A stretch of DNA of 64,000 nt. Origin: an uncultured Holophaga sp. GTDB taxonomy: Bacteria > Acidobacteriota > Holophagae > Holophagales > Holophagaceae. The stretch's first letter is position 1; every line of letters begins with the position of its first letter. The DNA is taken from positions 1,728,001-1,792,000 of the forward strand of contig OY761614.1 in NCBI GenBank assembly GCA_963664825.1, given 5' to 3'. A model generated the notes under the pieces. It was not told the DNA's origin, did no database searches, and saw nothing but the letters and a program-made list of their open reading frames with translations. Of the stretch, positions 41,872-50,839 are shown one piece after another. A program made the position numbers and the translations under genes.

Positions 41872-42006
41872 GTGGCAAAGACAAAAGCTCAAATTGAAAA
41901 GCGAAAACGAGAAGTGGACAAGCGGAAGAAGCTGGAAACAACCATCCTCAAAATTGCGGCAGAGATGCCTTATGATGATATTCAAAAAGCTCAAACATTG
42001 CAGTGA
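41872..42006 (+). CDS. Possible small basic protein
   Basis: GTG-started 44-codon Lys-rich ORF in an AT-richer stretch; no family recognised. Confidence 0.3.
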   Translation: MAKTKAQIEKRKREVDKRKKLETTILKIAAEMPYDDIQKAQTLQ

Positions 42007-42126
42007 ATGAGCCCTGGGATGGGTCAAGACAAGGCATGATCCTTTTCAGAGGCTACCAAATCACTTTAAGTGGGTGGTATATTGGACAATACATCAGGGA
42101 TACCCCAATCCAATCAGGATGCTCCC

Positions 42127-42489
42127 ATGGCGGATGCTGGCGTTAAATGTCTGAGATGCGATGGCACGGGCCATATACTTCGTGATTGTGATGTATGTAA
42201 TGGCCGTGGAATAATGATGGTTAGTTGCCGAAAATGTTTAGGCAAAGGCGTCTATACGCAGAAACAAGGCCCATGTGCTCGCTGCGAAGGCAAGGGCATT
42301 CTTGAAAATGGCACCCCATGCCCCCGCTGCAAGGGACATAAGATTCAAGTGGCTTTTTCTTCTCCATGCTCCAAGTGCTCCGGCACGGGCTCGATAAGTG
42401 TGACGTGTAAGAGATGTGGCGGGAGCCTTAAATTCGAAGCCGATTGTGCTACATGCAAGGGGACAGGTATTTATCGCAAACAGGCATGA
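42127..42489 (+). CDS. Protein built from eight CxxC(xGxG) DnaJ-type zinc-finger motifs
   Basis: CLRC, CDVC, CRKC, CARC, CPRC, CSKC, CKRC, CATC; AGGA RBS. Confidence 0.75.
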   Translation: MADAGVKCLRCDGTGHILRDCDVCNGRGIMMVSCRKCLGKGVYTQKQGPCARCEGKGILENGTPCPRCKGHKIQVAFSSPCSKCSGTGSISVTCKRCGGSLKFEADCATCKGTGIYRKQA

Positions 42490-42555
42490 CAGGTGCACTG
42501 ACTGTTCCAGAGCCCTCCAGTAGGTCCTGGAAGGTGTGGTTAAAAAGAAAGTCCG

Positions 42556-43767
42556 ATGAGATTCCTGATCGTCCCCGAGAACAACTCGCTCTCCCATATT
42601 GGCAAGGCCTTGGCCCTGGAGTCTGCCCTCGGTGCCCAGGGCCACGAGGTCTTTGTGGCCGTGGGCGCCGAGCGAGCGCCCTTTGTGCGACACCTGGGCC
42701 CTCGTGGCCGCATCCTGCCGGATCTCCAGGAGCAGGATCACTCCGGTTATCTGACGGTGGAATGGTTCAGGCATCCGAGCCGCATCGTGGAATGCATCCA
42801 GGCCGAGCTGAGCCTCTTGAGGGAATTGCGGCCGGACCGGGTCCTGGGCGTCTTCCGGTTCACCCTGAAGGCCTCTGCGAGGCTGGCCGATGTCCCCTTC
42901 GATTCCCTCGCCTGCGGCTGCATGCTGCCCGAGACCCCAGAGGTGCTCGGATTTGCCGAAGGGTACCCGGGCCTGGCCCAGCAGCGGGAATACCTGAGGC
43001 TCTTCTACGGCTTCGCGGGAGCCCGGCTCAGCCGTGCCCTGGAATCCTTGGGCCTGGAGGGGATTCCCGATATCCGCGAGATGCTAAAAGGGGAGCGGAC
43101 CTTCCTCTGGGATTTCCCGGAATTTTCCATCCTGCCGGAGCTCCCGGGCGTGGTCCATGTGGGCCCGATCCCTTGGCATGGCTGGCCCCAGGAGGATCTG
43201 GACCTGGAGGCGATCCTGGGTGATTCCCGCCCCCTGGCCCTCCTCACCTTCGGCACCTGCGTGGGCAGTGGCGAGGCGGCCCTGCGATTGGCTCGGATCC
43301 TCCGCACCTTGGGGTACCGGGTGCTCTTGGCCGCGGGAGGCCAGGAGGGTCTGCTGGAGGCCGCCGCCCGGGAGCCGGGGCTCATCGCGTGCCGCTTCGC
43401 CCCCCTCCACCTCATCCTGCCCCATGCCGCGATCCTGGCCTGCCACGGGGGCCAGCTCACGGTCTTCGAGGCCCTCGCCTACCGAGTCCCGGTCCTGGTC
43501 CTGCCCTTCCAGGCCGAGCAGGCCCACAACGCAGTCTGCCTGGAGCGCATGGGCTGTGGCCGCCGCCTGGGGGGCCCTCGCTCCTTCCTGGGGGACCCTG
43601 GGGTTTACGTAAACGCCTTCAACGCCATGAGCGACCCGGATCTCCTGGGGATCCTTCGAGGCCTGACGGAGGATCCCCAGACGGCCGATAAACTGGTCGC
43701 CGCTCAGGAAATCCTGGACCGCTACCACGGGCTCGAGACCCTCACCTCCCAGCTGGTGGAGAGTTGA
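42556..43767 (+). CDS. GT-B glycosyltransferase (GT1/GT28-like)
   Basis: N-terminal SH..KALAL..AL...GHEV; C-terminal CHGGQLTVFEALAYRVPVLVLP..AEQ..NA. Confidence 0.85.
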   Translation: MRFLIVPENNSLSHIGKALALESALGAQGHEVFVAVGAERAPFVRHLGPRGRILPDLQEQDHSGYLTVEWFRHPSRIVECIQAELSLLRELRPDRVLGVFRFTLKASARLADVPFDSLACGCMLPETPEVLGFAEGYPGLAQQREYLRLFYGFAGARLSRALESLGLEGIPDIREMLKGERTFLWDFPEFSILPELPGVVHVGPIPWHGWPQEDLDLEAILGDSRPLALLTFGTCVGSGEAALRLARILRTLGYRVLLAAGGQEGLLEAAAREPGLIACRFAPLHLILPHAAILACHGGQLTVFEALAYRVPVLVLPFQAEQAHNAVCLERMGCGRRLGGPRSFLGDPGVYVNAFNAMSDPDLLGILRGLTEDPQTADKLVAAQEILDRYHGLETLTSQLVES

Positions 43768-45524
43768 ACGTGGCGCCGGGCATCCTCCTCATCCACGGGT
43801 ATACGGGTTCCGAGCATGATTTCGGTCCCCTGGTCGAAGACCTGGCAGGGGTCTGTCCCGGCGCGGAGATCGTTGCCCTCCCGCTGCCCGGCCATGGAGG
43901 CGCCGCACCCGCATTTGCCCAGGCGGCCTTTCTCGAGGCCATCGGCGAGGCCGCGGCCCATCTCCAGGCCGGGGGCCGCAAGCTCATCCTGGTGGGGCAT
44001 TCCACCGGGGGCAGCCTGGCCCTCGCCGCCATGGAACAGGGGCTCACTCCCTCATTGCTGGTGCTGGCCGCCGTGCCCAACCGCATCGATGGGAGCTACC
44101 TGGCCCACTGGAAGCAGCACGCCGAGGCCATGGGAAGAGGGGGCGGCATCACCTTCACATCCATGGCCCAGATGGTGGCTTTCATCAACAGGATCGGAGC
44201 CCAGCCTCGGGCCCATTGCCCCGTGCTGATCCTCCATGGCCTGGACGATGAGCTCGTGCCCCCTGCCGAGACCGAACTCTGGCGCGTACGGATGGCCCCA
44301 GGCCTAGTCCGCACCGTTTTCATTCCGGGGGCCGGACACCAGTTGTTCCAGGGGGCGGGCCAGGCCTTCGCCTGCGATGTGCTTTGCAGGGCGGTAGCAG
44401 ACGTGGCCTACGAGCTCTCGGAGGATGAGCGCAGCGCCTTGGCCCGGCTCGTGGCCGACGAACCGGAACTGGGGAAATTCATCTCCCTTTCTCCCACCTC
44501 GGCCCGCCATCTGCTGGGCTCACCCAGCGGCCAGGGTGGGGATGGCTGGCCACCCCTTGAACCCCTCGGGGAACCGGTCTTCGCCAATATCGAGATCACC
44601 ACCCGCTGCAATCTCCGCTGCGCTTTTTGCGCGCGCACCCAAGGGGCCAGGCCCGCCGTGGATATGTCCCTCGAGACGTTCAAGCGCATCCTGGATCTCC
44701 TGCCCCACGCCTACCGGATCACCCTGGTTGGCCTCGGCGAGCCGCTGCTGCACCCTGGGGTGGCCGAATGCGTGGCGATGGCAGCCGCGAAGGGCCGCCG
44801 CGTGTCCCTAGTCACCAATGCCCTGCTGCTGACCCCTGAACGCTCCCGTCGCCTCATCGAGGAAGGGCTGGATGGGATCACCTTCAGCCTGGATGCGCCC
44901 ACGGCCGAACTGGCCGCCCAGGTGCGAGCCGGGACAGTGCTTGATACAGCCCTGGCCAATATCCGAAGCTTCAATGCCATCGCGGAGGCCACGCGTCCCG
45001 TGGCCCGGGCCGTGTTCTCCGCCGTCTCTATGACCACGCTGCCTCTCCTAGAGGAGCTGGTGCGCACCGTCGCGGGGCTCGGAGTGGATGTGCTGATGCT
45101 CTCTGATCTCAATTTCAAGGCCAACCTCCCCCAGAGTCTATGGCGCAACCCCGGCGAGGAAGTTGCCTCCACGGTCCGGCAGGCCGTCCGTACGGCCTTC
45201 GCCCTCGGCCTTCCCGTGCTCTCCGTCCACGGACTGGAGGCCTTCGCGCTGCCCCGCCGCTACCAGCGGCATCTCCTGGTCCCCCCGGACCGGCTCTACA
45301 TGCGGTCCTCCTCATGCACACACTGCTTTTCTCCCTGGCAGACGCTTCCCGTGGCCGTGGATGGCAGGCTCACGCTCTGCGACTGCCAGCCGGACCGGGC
45401 CGTGGGGCAGCTTCTGGAACAGCCCTTCGGCGATCTGTGGCTGAGGGGGCCCCTCGCCGAACAGCGTCGACACATGCTTTCGGAGGCGCCGCCCGAGGCC
45501 TGTGCCATCTGTCCACGCTTCTGA
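43764..45524 (+). CDS. Alpha/beta-hydrolase fused to radical SAM domain with SPASM/twitch-like C-terminus
   Basis: HGYTG, GHSTGG, HGLDDELV, GAGH; then CNLRCAFC, GLGEPLLHP, VTNA; CFSPW...DGRLTLCDC...CAICP. Confidence 0.88.
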   Translation: MNVAPGILLIHGYTGSEHDFGPLVEDLAGVCPGAEIVALPLPGHGGAAPAFAQAAFLEAIGEAAAHLQAGGRKLILVGHSTGGSLALAAMEQGLTPSLLVLAAVPNRIDGSYLAHWKQHAEAMGRGGGITFTSMAQMVAFINRIGAQPRAHCPVLILHGLDDELVPPAETELWRVRMAPGLVRTVFIPGAGHQLFQGAGQAFACDVLCRAVADVAYELSEDERSALARLVADEPELGKFISLSPTSARHLLGSPSGQGGDGWPPLEPLGEPVFANIEITTRCNLRCAFCARTQGARPAVDMSLETFKRILDLLPHAYRITLVGLGEPLLHPGVAECVAMAAAKGRRVSLVTNALLLTPERSRRLIEEGLDGITFSLDAPTAELAAQVRAGTVLDTALANIRSFNAIAEATRPVARAVFSAVSMTTLPLLEELVRTVAGLGVDVLMLSDLNFKANLPQSLWRNPGEEVASTVRQAVRTAFALGLPVLSVHGLEAFALPRRYQRHLLVPPDRLYMRSSSCTHCFSPWQTLPVAVDGRLTLCDCQPDRAVGQLLEQPFGDLWLRGPLAEQRRHMLSEAPPEACAICPRF

Positions 45525-45582
45525 GTGGCCAGGGCTTGCGCGGGTCCGATATGATTTCCAGAGCCCCGGAGGAGAGCTGTTG

Positions 45583-46848
45583 ATGAAGATGACCCTGATT
45601 TACCCGAGTTGGCCGAAATTGGACCGACAGACGGAATTCTACCTGCCTCCTCATGGCCCCGTGTGCTTCGCCGCCACCGTTCCCCCCGAAGTGGATCTGA
45701 CCTTCGTCGACGAGAACCTCCAGACCATCGATTTCGATGCCTCCTGCGATCTGCTGGCCCTTTCGGTCATGCTCACCTGCCAGTTGCCTCGGGCCTTCGC
45801 CATCGCCCAGCTTTACAGGGAGAAGGGGATTCCGGTCATCTTCGGCGGCATCGCGACCATGCTCCATTCCGAGGAAGTGGCCCTTCACGCCGATGCGGTC
45901 TTCCTGGGGGAATCCGAGGGACGCTTTGCCGCGGTCCTGGAGGATTTCAAGGCTGGGCGCATGAAGAAGCTCTACGACTACATGGGCCAGCATCCGGACA
46001 TGAACCTCATCGGCACCGCCCGTCGGGAGATCCTCGACCGCAAACTCTACAATTACCGGGGCGTTCAGATGCTGGATCTGGTTCACGCCTCCCGGGGTTG
46101 CCGTTTCAATTGCTATCCCTGCTGCACGGGTTTCCTGGGGGGGAAGTCCTTCCGCCCCCGCCCCATCGACAAGGTCATCGCGGAGATGGAATCCATCCAG
46201 AACAACCGCATGTTCATCGTGGATAACTCCCTGGCCCAGGACAAACAGTGGCTGATCGATCTCTTCACTTCAATGGCGCCCCTCAAGAAGAAGTGGGTCT
46301 CCCACCCCATCATGGACGATGACAAGATCCTCAAGCTGGCGGCCGATGCCGGCGCCTGGTACGTCTATCAGGCCGTGTTTGACACTTCGGATGTGATCCG
46401 CAACCGCATCAAGCGCCTCAAGGACCACGGCATCGGCGTGGAGGGCACGATCCTCCTGGGCACCGATGAGCAGGACGAGGACTCCATCAAGCGCCTGGTG
46501 GACTTCCTGCTGGAAGTCGAACTGGATGTGGCCGAGTTCACCATCATGACCCCCTTCCCTCATTCTCCCTGCCGTACCGCCCTGGAGCAGGAGGGACGGC
46601 TCCTCAGCAGCAACTGGATCGACTACACCGCCGATAAGGTCGTCTTCCGGCCCAAGCAGATGACCCCCGACAAGCTCCAGGAGATGTACCACTACGCCTG
46701 GGACACCTTCTATGCCGATGGAGGACACCAGCTGAAGATGGGCAATCTCTTCAAGCGGGTGATCGAGCGCGAGATGGGGGACGGTACCTATTACCGCTAC
46801 AACCCTCGCAGGAGCCGGGAGTTCCAGAAGGTGCAGTCCGAACAGTGA
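45583..46848 (+). CDS. B12-binding radical SAM enzyme
   Basis: N-terminal cobalamin-binding-like domain (VIFGGIAT..GESEG); SRGCRFNCYPC; TPFPHS. Confidence 0.88.
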   Translation: MKMTLIYPSWPKLDRQTEFYLPPHGPVCFAATVPPEVDLTFVDENLQTIDFDASCDLLALSVMLTCQLPRAFAIAQLYREKGIPVIFGGIATMLHSEEVALHADAVFLGESEGRFAAVLEDFKAGRMKKLYDYMGQHPDMNLIGTARREILDRKLYNYRGVQMLDLVHASRGCRFNCYPCCTGFLGGKSFRPRPIDKVIAEMESIQNNRMFIVDNSLAQDKQWLIDLFTSMAPLKKKWVSHPIMDDDKILKLAADAGAWYVYQAVFDTSDVIRNRIKRLKDHGIGVEGTILLGTDEQDEDSIKRLVDFLLEVELDVAEFTIMTPFPHSPCRTALEQEGRLLSSNWIDYTADKVVFRPKQMTPDKLQEMYHYAWDTFYADGGHQLKMGNLFKRVIEREMGDGTYYRYNPRRSREFQKVQSEQ

Positions 46849-48197
46849 CCCGCATCCTGCTGGTCTCGTCCAATATCACGCGGGAACCCTTTCCGGTCTA
46901 TCCCCTGGGCCTGGCGGTCATCGCCTCTGCGCTGGCAGCCTGCGGCCACATCCTGGAACAGTTCGATTATCTCGTGGCGAAAGAGTCCGAGGAGGCTCTG
47001 CGCGCGCGAGTTCAGGCCTTCGCGCCGGATTACGTCTGCATCTCCCTCCGCAACCTGGATGACTGCGATTCCCTCACGGCCAGGGCCTATCCCGTCGTCG
47101 CCCAGCGGATGGTGGAGGTGATCCGGGAGACCAGCGCGGCCCCCGTGATCATCGGGGGGGCTGCCTTCTCCATCCTGCCCGAGGAGATCCTCGCCTTTAC
47201 CGGCGCCGATTATGGGGTGGTGGGTGAAGGCGAAAGAGTCGTCTGCGATCTGATCCGGGATCTCGAAAAAGGGATCCCAAGGCCCCGCATCTTGAGGGGC
47301 GAGACCCTCATTCCCGGCCAGGAACTGATCTCCCCCCTCTATTCCCGGGAGCTGATCGACTTCTACCTGGAACAGAGCGGGATGATCAACCTCCAGACCA
47401 AGCGGGGTTGCGCCCATGGCTGCATCTACTGCAGCTATCCCTCCCTGGAGGGCAGTCGCTATCGCTTCCGGGATCCTCGGGCCGTGGTCGATGACATGGA
47501 GCGGGCCGCCACGGAACACGGCGTGAATTCCTTCTTCTTCACCGATTCGGTCTTCAACGACGGCGAGGGGCACTACCTGCGGGTCGCCGAGGAGATGCTG
47601 CGGCGGGGGAAGCCCCTGCGTTGGTGCTGCTACATCCGCCCCGAAGGCCTCGGCCGACCGGAGATCGCTCTCCTCAAGCGGGCCGGGCTCTATGCCGCGG
47701 AACTGGGCACCGATGCGGCCTGCGACACGACCCTGCACACCTTGGGCAAGGGATTTACCTTCCGGGACGTCCTGGAGGTGAATGGGGCTTTCGTGGCAGA
47801 ACGGGTGCCCTGCGCCCATTTCGTCATGTTCGGCGGGCCAGGGGAGACCCCTGAGACCGTGGCGGAGGGCCTGGCCAATCTCGAGAAGCTCGAGCATACG
47901 GTGGTCTTCGCCTATACGGGCATCCGCATCCTGCCCGACACTCCCCTCCTGAATCTTGCGATCCGGGAGGGCTTCCTGGAGCCTGGAAGCTCTCTGCGGG
48001 AGCCCATCTTCTACCAGTCTCCCCTGATTCCAGGGGAGGCGATGAATGCCATGATCACCGAGGCCTTCAGGGGGCGGCGGGATCGAGTCTTCCCCCCGGA
48101 GGATTCCCAGACCAAGCGGACGGTCCTGCACCGTTTCGGATACCGCGGCCTGCTCTGGGACACGCTCATCCGGTTTCCCAAGGATTTGCCATGTTGA
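46845..48197 (+). CDS. B12-binding radical SAM enzyme, lipid-biosynthesis type
   Basis: EPFPVYPLGL, ISLRNLDD, IIGGAAFS..P, GEGE, QTKRGCAHGCIYCSY, FTDSVFN, FGGPGET. Confidence 0.9.
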   Translation: MTRILLVSSNITREPFPVYPLGLAVIASALAACGHILEQFDYLVAKESEEALRARVQAFAPDYVCISLRNLDDCDSLTARAYPVVAQRMVEVIRETSAAPVIIGGAAFSILPEEILAFTGADYGVVGEGERVVCDLIRDLEKGIPRPRILRGETLIPGQELISPLYSRELIDFYLEQSGMINLQTKRGCAHGCIYCSYPSLEGSRYRFRDPRAVVDDMERAATEHGVNSFFFTDSVFNDGEGHYLRVAEEMLRRGKPLRWCCYIRPEGLGRPEIALLKRAGLYAAELGTDAACDTTLHTLGKGFTFRDVLEVNGAFVAERVPCAHFVMFGGPGETPETVAEGLANLEKLEHTVVFAYTGIRILPDTPLLNLAIREGFLEPGSSLREPIFYQSPLIPGEAMNAMITEAFRGRRDRVFPPEDSQTKRTVLHRFGYRGLLWDTLIRFPKDLPC

Positions 48198-49639
48198 ACT
48201 CGAACAAGATCCTTTTCGTGCATCCCCTGGGATACAAGGCCTCCGCTGCCGGGAAGGACATCTCCCGGGTGGCCAATATCATGCCTCCCCTGGGGCTGGC
48301 GAGCATGGCGGCCTATCTCGAACAGCGCGCCCTGAGCTCCGAGATCATCGACTGCTACGCCCACCCCGATTCCGATCGCATCATCGTGGATCGCCTCCTG
48401 GCCGAGCAGCCCGCCTTCCTGGGGCTCAGCTGCACCACCTCCAGTTTCCTGGACGGCGTGCGCATCGCCGAGATCGCCCGCAAGACCCTGCCCGGCATCC
48501 AGACCGTCTTCGGGGGGCCCCATGTCTCGGCCCTGAAGGAAAAGCTCTTCCCGGACTACCCCGCCATGGACTATGCGGTGATCGGAGAGGGGGAGGAGAC
48601 CCTCGCCAATCTGATGCGCAACGGCGGCGAGGCCCCGGGAGAGGTCAAGGGGATCATCTACCGGGATGCCGGCGAGGCCCGCTTCACGGGCTACCCGGAC
48701 AAGGCCCTGGAACTCGATAGCCTGCCCTTCCCGGCCTACGAGAAGCTGGCGGGATTCCCCGATTCCTACATGCTGCCCATCTTCAATTACCCGAAGGTGC
48801 CCAACGCCAGCTGCATCTCCAGCCGGGGCTGTCCCTACGCCTGCAGCTACTGCGACCGTTCGGTCTTCCGCCGGAGCTTCCGCTTCAATTCCGCCGAATA
48901 CCTCTATGCCCATCTCAAGCACCTGCGGCAGAAGTTCGGCGTGCGGCACATCAATTTCTACGACGACCAGTTCACCTTCAACAAACAGCGGGTGGAGGAT
49001 TTCACCGACCTGATCCTCAAGGATCCCCTCGGGATGACCTTTAATTGCGCCGTGCGCGCCGAGCACATCGATGCCCCCCTCCTGAAGCGCATGAAGCGGG
49101 CGGGTTGCTGGATGATGAGCCTGGGCATCGAATCGGGGGACGAACAGCTCCTGGCCCAGCACCGCCAGAACGTGGATCTGGATCACCTAGCCCAGAAGAT
49201 CCGGATGATCAAGGCCGCGGGGATCCGCACCAAGGGACTGCTGATGATGGGGCTGCCGGGGGAGACCGAGGAAAGCATCCGCAGGAGCATGGCCTACGTG
49301 TTCTCCCTGCCCATCGACGATTTCAACCTGGCCAAGTTCACGCCCTTCCCGGGCTCTCCCATCTATGAAAACATCCACGAGCTGGGGGAATTCGAAGAGG
49401 ATTGGGAGAAGATGGACTGCATGCATTTCCAGTTCGTCACCAAGGGGATGACCCAGAAGCGCCTGGAGACCCTCTTCCAGGAATTCTATCGTTCCCATTT
49501 CCAGCGCCCGAAGGTCCTCTGGGGCTATGTGACCATGCTCTGGCGCTCCCCGGATAGCTGGTTGCGCTTCCTGAAGAGCCTCACCAGCTTCCTGCGCTAT
49601 ATCCACGTCAACCGGCGCCTCATGGATGAGGAAAGCTAG
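48191..49639 (+). CDS. B12-binding radical SAM enzyme (class B methyltransferase-like)
   Basis: PPLGLASMAAYL, GGPHVS, GEGEET, SRGCPYACSYC, FYDDQF, GIESG, GLPGET, TPFPGS. Confidence 0.92.
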   Translation: MLNSNKILFVHPLGYKASAAGKDISRVANIMPPLGLASMAAYLEQRALSSEIIDCYAHPDSDRIIVDRLLAEQPAFLGLSCTTSSFLDGVRIAEIARKTLPGIQTVFGGPHVSALKEKLFPDYPAMDYAVIGEGEETLANLMRNGGEAPGEVKGIIYRDAGEARFTGYPDKALELDSLPFPAYEKLAGFPDSYMLPIFNYPKVPNASCISSRGCPYACSYCDRSVFRRSFRFNSAEYLYAHLKHLRQKFGVRHINFYDDQFTFNKQRVEDFTDLILKDPLGMTFNCAVRAEHIDAPLLKRMKRAGCWMMSLGIESGDEQLLAQHRQNVDLDHLAQKIRMIKAAGIRTKGLLMMGLPGETEESIRRSMAYVFSLPIDDFNLAKFTPFPGSPIYENIHELGEFEEDWEKMDCMHFQFVTKGMTQKRLETLFQEFYRSHFQRPKVLWGYVTMLWRSPDSWLRFLKSLTSFLRYIHVNRRLMDEES

Positions 49640-50664
49640 TGGGCCCGCAGGGCTCCCATGCGGAACCTGTCGGGCGGCGCACCTGGACGGCCAGGAGCCT
49701 GGGTTCCGCGTTTCAGCACAAGATCTTCTACACCCTGATCCGCTTCGGCGGGCGCCAGGCGGCCTATCTCCTGCTGGTGTTCGTGGTGGCCTGGTACGTG
49801 CTGTTCCGGCCCTCGGCCCGCAAGCGCTCCAGCTTCTACCTCCGGCGCCGCTTCCCCGGGAGGAATGCCTTCCAGAGACTGCTGGACTGCTACCGTCTCT
49901 GTCTGGCCTTGGGCAGGGTGCTGGTGGACCGGGCCGTGCTGGGCATCCTGGGCTCCCACCGGTTGCACTGCAGCCTCCAGGGACGGGAACAGCTCCAGGC
50001 CCTTCTGGCTGAAGGGCATGGCCTGATCCTGCTTACGGCCCACGTGGGCAGCTGGCAGCTGGGCATGGCCAGTCTCGCCAAGCTCGATGCGCCCATTTCC
50101 CTCCTCATCCACCGGGAGGAGGGGGATGTGGATCGCCATTTCTTCGAACACAGAGGCGGCGTTGAACATGACACGGCCTCCCCCTACCGGATCATCGAAC
50201 CCCTGGGTTACCTGGGGGGCACCCTGGAGATGCTCCAGGTGCTCAAGGCCGGGGAAGTTCTCTCCATCATGGGGGACCGGGTCCTGGGAGGCGAAAAAAG
50301 CAATGTGGAGGTGGATTTTCTCGGCAGTGCCGTCGCCATGCCCTTCAGTCCCTACAAGCTCGCATCGGCCACGGCGGCCCCCATTGCTGTCATTTTCCCC
50401 TACAAGTCCGGGCATGATAGTTATGCCTTGCGGGTGGCGCGGATCATCCGTGTGCCAGAAAACCTAGGGAGGGCGTCCTCCGCCTTCTTGCCCTATGCGG
50501 AGCAGTACGCCCAGGCCCTGGAGACCTTCGTCCAGGAACACCCCTTCCAGTTCTTCAACTTCTTCGATATGTGGAGCCCGACCCATGGACACCAAAGCCA
50601 AGCTGAAAAAGATCCTTGCCGAGGAGATGAACCTGCCGGTTCTGATTCAGGAGAACTACGATGA
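49639..50664 (+). CDS. LpxL-like lipid acyltransferase
   Basis: WTARSLG, LLTAHVGSW, IMGDR, HPFQFFNFFDMW; the tail overlaps the next ACP gene. Confidence 0.85.
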   Translation: MGPQGSHAEPVGRRTWTARSLGSAFQHKIFYTLIRFGGRQAAYLLLVFVVAWYVLFRPSARKRSSFYLRRRFPGRNAFQRLLDCYRLCLALGRVLVDRAVLGILGSHRLHCSLQGREQLQALLAEGHGLILLTAHVGSWQLGMASLAKLDAPISLLIHREEGDVDRHFFEHRGGVEHDTASPYRIIEPLGYLGGTLEMLQVLKAGEVLSIMGDRVLGGEKSNVEVDFLGSAVAMPFSPYKLASATAAPIAVIFPYKSGHDSYALRVARIIRVPENLGRASSAFLPYAEQYAQALETFVQEHPFQFFNFFDMWSPTHGHQSQAEKDPCRGDEPAGSDSGELR

Positions 50665-50839
50665 CGACACCCCCCTCTTCGGGGAGAGCCTGGGGCTCGA
50701 TTCCCTGGATGCGGTGGAGCTAGTGATCGTGATCAAGAAGCATTTCGGCATCGAGATCGCCGATATGGAGGAGAGCAAGACCGCCTTCTCCTCGATCAAT
50801 GCCCTGGCCGCCTATATCGATAGCCACCTGCCTGCATGA
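50585..50839 (+). CDS. Acyl carrier protein
   Basis: LGLDSLDAVEL phosphopantetheine site; GGAG upstream of ATG 50585. Confidence 0.93.
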   Translation: MDTKAKLKKILAEEMNLPVLIQENYDDDTPLFGESLGLDSLDAVELVIVIKKHFGIEIADMEESKTAFSSINALAAYIDSHLPA

